A stretch of 38,017 nt of DNA from Nitrospinota bacterium (lineage in GTDB: Bacteria > Nitrospinota > Nitrospinia > UBA9942): positions 1 to 38,017 of the forward strand of contig JACQQJ010000054.1 of the NCBI GenBank assembly GCA_016207035.1, given 5' to 3'. The position numbers and the translations under genes were made by a program. The notes beneath the pieces were generated by a model that was given only the letters and a program-made list of their open reading frames with translations, was not told where the DNA came from and made no database searches. Shown piece after piece: positions 34,203 to 38,017 of the stretch (position 1 is its first letter; each line of letters begins with the position of its first letter).

Positions 34203-35596
34203 AATTTTATTTCCCTTTCTATCTCCTTCAATCTTTTCTTGACACCCTCTAATGCTGTCCCACCCCCTACCTTCCTGCTATTAACCGATGCCTCTATAGA
34301 AATCACCCTTTTTATATCTTCATCAAAGGTCTTTGAAAACCTCCTCCATTCTTCAGATGATAAATCCTCCAGTCCTTTTGATGTCTTGATGCAGTAAGCA
34401 ACAACCCTGCCTGCAATTTGATGACTATCCCTGAAGGGGATCCCCTTTTTAACCAGATAGTCTGCCACATCTGTTGCAGTGAGGAATCCTCCTTTTGCAG
34501 CATCGAGCATCTTTTCCTTATTTATTGTCATCGTTTGTAATAAAGGAGAAAAGATTTTAAGACAATCCTTTAAGGTATCAACAGTATCAAAAATGGCCTC
34601 TTTATCCTCCTGCATATCCTTGTTGTAAGCAAGCGGCAGACCTTTCATGGTTGTTAATAGAGAGAGAAGATTTCCATAGACTCTCCCTGTCTTACCCCTT
34701 ACAAGTTCAGGGACATCTGGATTCTTCTTCTGCGGCATAATGGATGAGCCTGTAGAAAAGGCATCAGATAACTCAATAAAACCAAATTCCTGAGAGGACC
34801 ATAGGATTATCTCCTCGCTTAACCTGCTCAGGTGCATCAATAAAATAGATGCTGCCGAGCAAAACTCAATACAAAAGTCCCTGTCACTTACAGAATCAAT
34901 GCTATTGTCTGTGGGCTTCGAAAAACCCAGCTCCCTTGCTACAAACTCCCTATCTAAAGGATAGGGGCTTCCTGCCAGTGCCCCGGCACCGAGAGGCATA
35001 ACATTCACCCGCTTAAGGCAATCTTCAAACCTTTCATAATCCCTTTTCAGCATTTCATAGTATGCTAACAGATGATGACTGAAAAGTATTGGCTGCGCCC
35101 TCTGGAGATGGGTATAGCCTGGCATTATGGAGGTCAAATTTTTCTTTGCGACATCTGATAATGTTTTTTGCAGGTCCTTTATTAAGCCTTTAACCTCCTT
35201 AATCTCATCCCTCAGATATAATCTCATATCAAGTGCAACCTGATCATTTCTGCTTCTGCCAGTATGCACTTTCCCGCCGACTGAACCAATTTTTTCAATC
35301 AGCCTTTTCTCAATTGCCATATGGATGTCCTCCAGATCAGGGGTGAATATGAACTTACCAGAGTCAATCTCCTTTTCAATTGCCTTAAGTCCAGAGATAA
35401 TTCTATCTGCCTCTTTATTTTTAATAATGCCCACCCTTGCCAGCATCTTCGCATGGGCAATAGAACCTTTAATATCACACCTAAACAGCCGCTTATCAAA
35501 ATAAATAGATGCATTAAACTCTTCAACAAGTTTATCTGTGTCCTGTGTAAAGCGACCTGACCATGGTTTTGATGTTTTGGATTGCTTTTTCATCAA
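34199..35596 (-). CDS. argH: Argininosuccinate lyase
   Basis: [48 protein letters not shown]. Confidence 0.98.
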   Translation of the reverse strand: MMKKQSKTSKPWSGRFTQDTDKLVEEFNASIYFDKRLFRCDIKGSIAHAKMLARVGIIKNKEADRIISGLKAIEKEIDSGKFIFTPDLEDIHMAIEKRLIEKIGSVGGKVHTGRSRNDQVALDMRLYLRDEIKEVKGLIKDLQKTLSDVAKKNLTSIMPGYTHLQRAQPILFSHHLLAYYEMLKRDYERFEDCLKRVNVMPLGAGALAGSPYPLDREFVARELGFSKPTDNSIDSVSDRDFCIEFCSAASILLMHLSRLSEEIILWSSQEFGFIELSDAFSTGSSIMPQKKNPDVPELVRGKTGRVYGNLLSLLTTMKGLPLAYNKDMQEDKEAIFDTVDTLKDCLKIFSPLLQTMTINKEKMLDAAKGGFLTATDVADYLVKKGIPFRDSHQIAGRVVAYCIKTSKGLEDLSSEEWRRFSKTFDEDIKRVISIEASVNSRKVGGGTALEGVKKRLKEIEREIKL

Positions 35597-35610
35597 TATT
35601 TCAAGGAATT

Positions 35611-36009
35611 TTACACTTTGGCATATCTCATTGAGGCAATTTTATCAAAATATTCGAGAACAGGTTTAAAATCAAGATTCATATTTATAACATACGATTC
35701 ATAATCTGCGGTAATTCTTGAATCTTCTTCAAACAAAACTTTTGCCTCCTTAATTGCACTGTATTGAAATGGAAGAGGGGAGATTTGCAGGAACACAATA
35801 TCAACTTTCTTAGCCAGGTAAAGCCCCTGAAATATCTCGTAAAGGACAGTGTATAAAGCCCTTGTATCTTCAAGTGCCAGAGAATCTTTCACTACTACCC
35901 CTATATCTATGTCACTTAATGGCGTAGTCAGTCCGATTGCTTTTGAGCCAAAGAGATAAACAATTGAAATACCCAGTTCTCTAAGTTTTATCCTGATTTT
36001 TTTATTCAT
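35611..36009 (-). CDS. Minimal nucleotidyltransferase (MntA-type antitoxin), orphan
   Basis: VYLFGSKA.G....[13 protein letters not shown]; start reassigned to ATG 36009. Confidence 0.85.
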   Translation of the reverse strand: MNKKIRIKLRELGISIVYLFGSKAIGLTTPLSDIDIGVVVKDSLALEDTRALYTVLYEIFQGLYLAKKVDIVFLQISPLPFQYSAIKEAKVLFEEDSRITADYESYVINMNLDFKPVLEYFDKIASMRYAKV

Positions 36010-36013
36010 ACAC

Positions 36014-37048
36014 TTATAACAACCTCTCCTGCAATTCATCCTTTGGTTTTATGCCAAAGTGTTCATAGGCAATCTTTGTAGCAACCCTCCCCCTCGGGGT
36101 TCTGTGGATGTAGCCTCCCTGAATCAAGAATGGCTCATAAACATCTTCAATAGTATCTCTTTCTTCGCTGACTGCCATTGCAAGTGTTTCAACACCAACA
36201 GGTCCGCCATTGAATTTTTCTATAATGGTAAGGAGTAGCTTTCTATCCATCTTATCAAAACCCAGTTCATCAACCTCAAGCATCTTTAATGCCTCATCCG
36301 CAACCTCTTTTGTAATGACACCATCAGCCCTGACCTGTGCATAATCCCTGACCCTGCGGAGGAGTCTGTTGGCTATCCGTGGTGTCCCCCTTGAACGTCG
36401 GGCAATCTCAAAGGAGCCATTTAAATCAATAGATATGTTCAAAATTTTTGCAGACCGCTCGACGATAATCTGAAGTTCTTGTTCCTTGTAATAATCAAGA
36501 CGGTGAATTACACCAAATCTGTCTCTCAGTGGTGATGTAAGTAACCCTGCCCTTGTCGTCGCACCTATGAGTGTAAAAGGTGGCAGGTCAATCTTTACAG
36601 AGCGTGCACTGGGTCCCTGTCCAATCATGATGTCGAGCTTGAAATCCTCCATAGCAGGATAAAGTATCTCTTCAACCACATGATTCAGGCGGTGTATCTC
36701 ATCAATGAATAGGACATCATGTTCCTTGAGATTTGTGAGGATGGCTGCAAGGTCACCTGCCCGTTCAATGACAGGCCCTGAAGTTCCCTTTATATTTACG
36801 CCCAGTTCAGAGGCAATAATATTTGCTAGTGTTGTTTTACCAAGTCCTGGGGGTCCATAAAAGAGGACATGGTCTAATGCCTCAGACCTCTCCCTGGTTG
36901 CCTGAATAAAGACCCTGAGGTTCTCCTTAATCTTCTCCTGACCGATGTATTCATTTATAGTTCTGGGACGAAGGGTTGTCTCAAAACTAATATCATCATC
37001 TTCTTTTTTTGGTGTTATAAATCGGTCTTGCATCTCAATGTGTTCCAT
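36014..37048 (-). CDS. ruvB: Holliday junction branch migration ATPase RuvB
   Basis: [60 protein letters not shown]. Confidence 0.98.
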   Translation of the reverse strand: MEHIEMQDRFITPKKEDDDISFETTLRPRTINEYIGQEKIKENLRVFIQATRERSEALDHVLFYGPPGLGKTTLANIIASELGVNIKGTSGPVIERAGDLAAILTNLKEHDVLFIDEIHRLNHVVEEILYPAMEDFKLDIMIGQGPSARSVKIDLPPFTLIGATTRAGLLTSPLRDRFGVIHRLDYYKEQELQIIVERSAKILNISIDLNGSFEIARRSRGTPRIANRLLRRVRDYAQVRADGVITKEVADEALKMLEVDELGFDKMDRKLLLTIIEKFNGGPVGVETLAMAVSEERDTIEDVYEPFLIQGGYIHRTPRGRVATKIAYEHFGIKPKDELQERLL

Positions 37049-37063
37049 AAACGCTATTCCTTC

Positions 37064-37262
37064 TCAGCATAATGCCTGCCAACCCTGAATCAATGCTGAA
37101 ACAAGTTCAGCACAAGGTTCAGAGCAAGCTATTGAAGTGATGAATATGCCCTGCAAGCTCATCAAACTCATGTCTTCTACAGCTTCTTTATCCTCTTCCT
37201 CATTTTGAGCCTCTACCTCAATGTGTCCAGTAAACTCAAAATCTACAAAATATTTGGGCATG
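37064..37262 (-). CDS. Small hypothetical protein, possibly degraded
   Basis: MPKYFVDFEFTGHIEVEAQNEEE.. follows a GGAGGA SD; the 3' end runs through a palindromic repeat (gctgaaacaagttcagc). Confidence 0.45.
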
Positions 37263-37265
37263 AAA

Positions 37266-37535
37266 CTATTCCTCCAGTATTTTACGATTTGCACCAAGAT
37301 AAAAAGTTTTTGAAAACTTGTGGTAATTCTTATGCCTTAATTCATATCCAATTATCTCATCAAAGTTTGTTTCAAGAAGATATTCATTTTCTGATATTAA
37401 ATTACCAAAAGCATCTTCTAAATCTTTACCATCGGCAAATCCGATTACCTGGCAATTCTCAATATCAGGTTCTGGAGATTCAGAATTAGGCTGATAAGTA
37501 AAGCCTTCAGTGGTTACAAAGATGAATGATTTCAT
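37266..37535 (-). CDS. Hypothetical acidic protein
   Basis: 89 aa; ATG overlaps the upstream TGA. Confidence 0.7.
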   Translation of the reverse strand: MKSFIFVTTEGFTYQPNSESPEPDIENCQVIGFADGKDLEDAFGNLISENEYLLETNFDEIIGYELRHKNYHKFSKTFYLGANRKILEE

Positions 37536-38017
37536 ACATTATAATGTTGTAAAAGTTCCGCTATATTTGGGTCATCAGGGGTCTGAAGATTTTTAAAATT
37601 ATTCTCAAAAACAATATCGTGAAATTTCTTTTTCTGATTTGAATTCAAAGATGAATAAATACCTTCTCATTCACCTGCCCCATTAAATCTATGTTCTTCT
37701 CGGTAGATTATATAGTCATCTGGCATTAACAAAAGCTTTTTGAATTCGTTAATATTCTTTCCGAATGCAGCCTCAATAAATTTTCTTTTTGGTCCCACTA
37801 CCCCATGAGTTGCGTTGAGTATACATTGTATACCTCTTAAATATCTGGGATTCCAATGTTTCCCAACAAATTTTCTATCCTTATGCGTGACCGGGATATA
37901 TTTCATCGGAAATGAAAATATTTTAGTGCCTAATCTTTCATTAAGTTCAACATTTATTTTTAATCTCTCATAAAAGTCTTCAGGTATATCATCTTTATAG
38001 TTAAAAAGAAATATAAT
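37532..38017 (-). pseudogene. 3' part of a probable radical-SAM/Fe-S-like gene with a premature TGA (5' end outside window)
   Basis: Frame open from the window edge: LFNYKDDIPEDFYERL...SFPMKYIP...WNPRYLRGIQCIL; TGA at 37667-37669, then the frame stays open to a TGA at 37532-37534 that overlaps the next ATG. Confidence 0.5.

Noticed and set aside
7085-37669. Stop-codon reassignment explaining in-frame TAA/TGA
   Set aside because: Core genes terminate normally with these codons and contain no internal stops; interruptions are confined to accessory genes

Overview
Low-GC bacterial chromosomal segment. Core genes flank both ends: coaE, an M50 protease, ubiE/menG, rlmB, cysS, a glcD-like oxidase, aguBA and rmuC on the left; queA, spoIID/lytB, a TIGR01212-like radical SAM gene, argH and ruvB on the right. 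Three accessory blocks interrupt them. (1) ~7.0-10.7 kb: a decayed integron with five attC-like sites, toxin-antitoxin and nuclease-like cassettes, and a short divergent intI fragment. (2) ~14.9-20.3 kb: a decaying TA/defence patch with a stop-interrupted PIN toxin, an RNAP alpha-CTD-like pseudogene, an XRE/MazF operon, a HEXXH protein, a COG1373 ATPase and two duplicated WYL/WCX 3' remnants, each followed by a conserved operator-like palindrome. (3) 20.5-30.4 kb: an intact 14-gene co-directional cluster that I cannot assign to a known pathway. It joins a class I isoprenoid-synthase-fold protein and two tandem geranylgeranyl-reductase-family flavoproteins to eleven uncharacterised, apparently non-secreted proteins (Cys-rich, Tyr/Pro-rich, Ig-like, repeat-containing, amphipathic-helix). 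Block 3 is the best candidate for an undescribed system, possibly an isoprenoid-lipid/protein coat or intracellular body. All family calls come from motif recognition by eye; no database searches were run.
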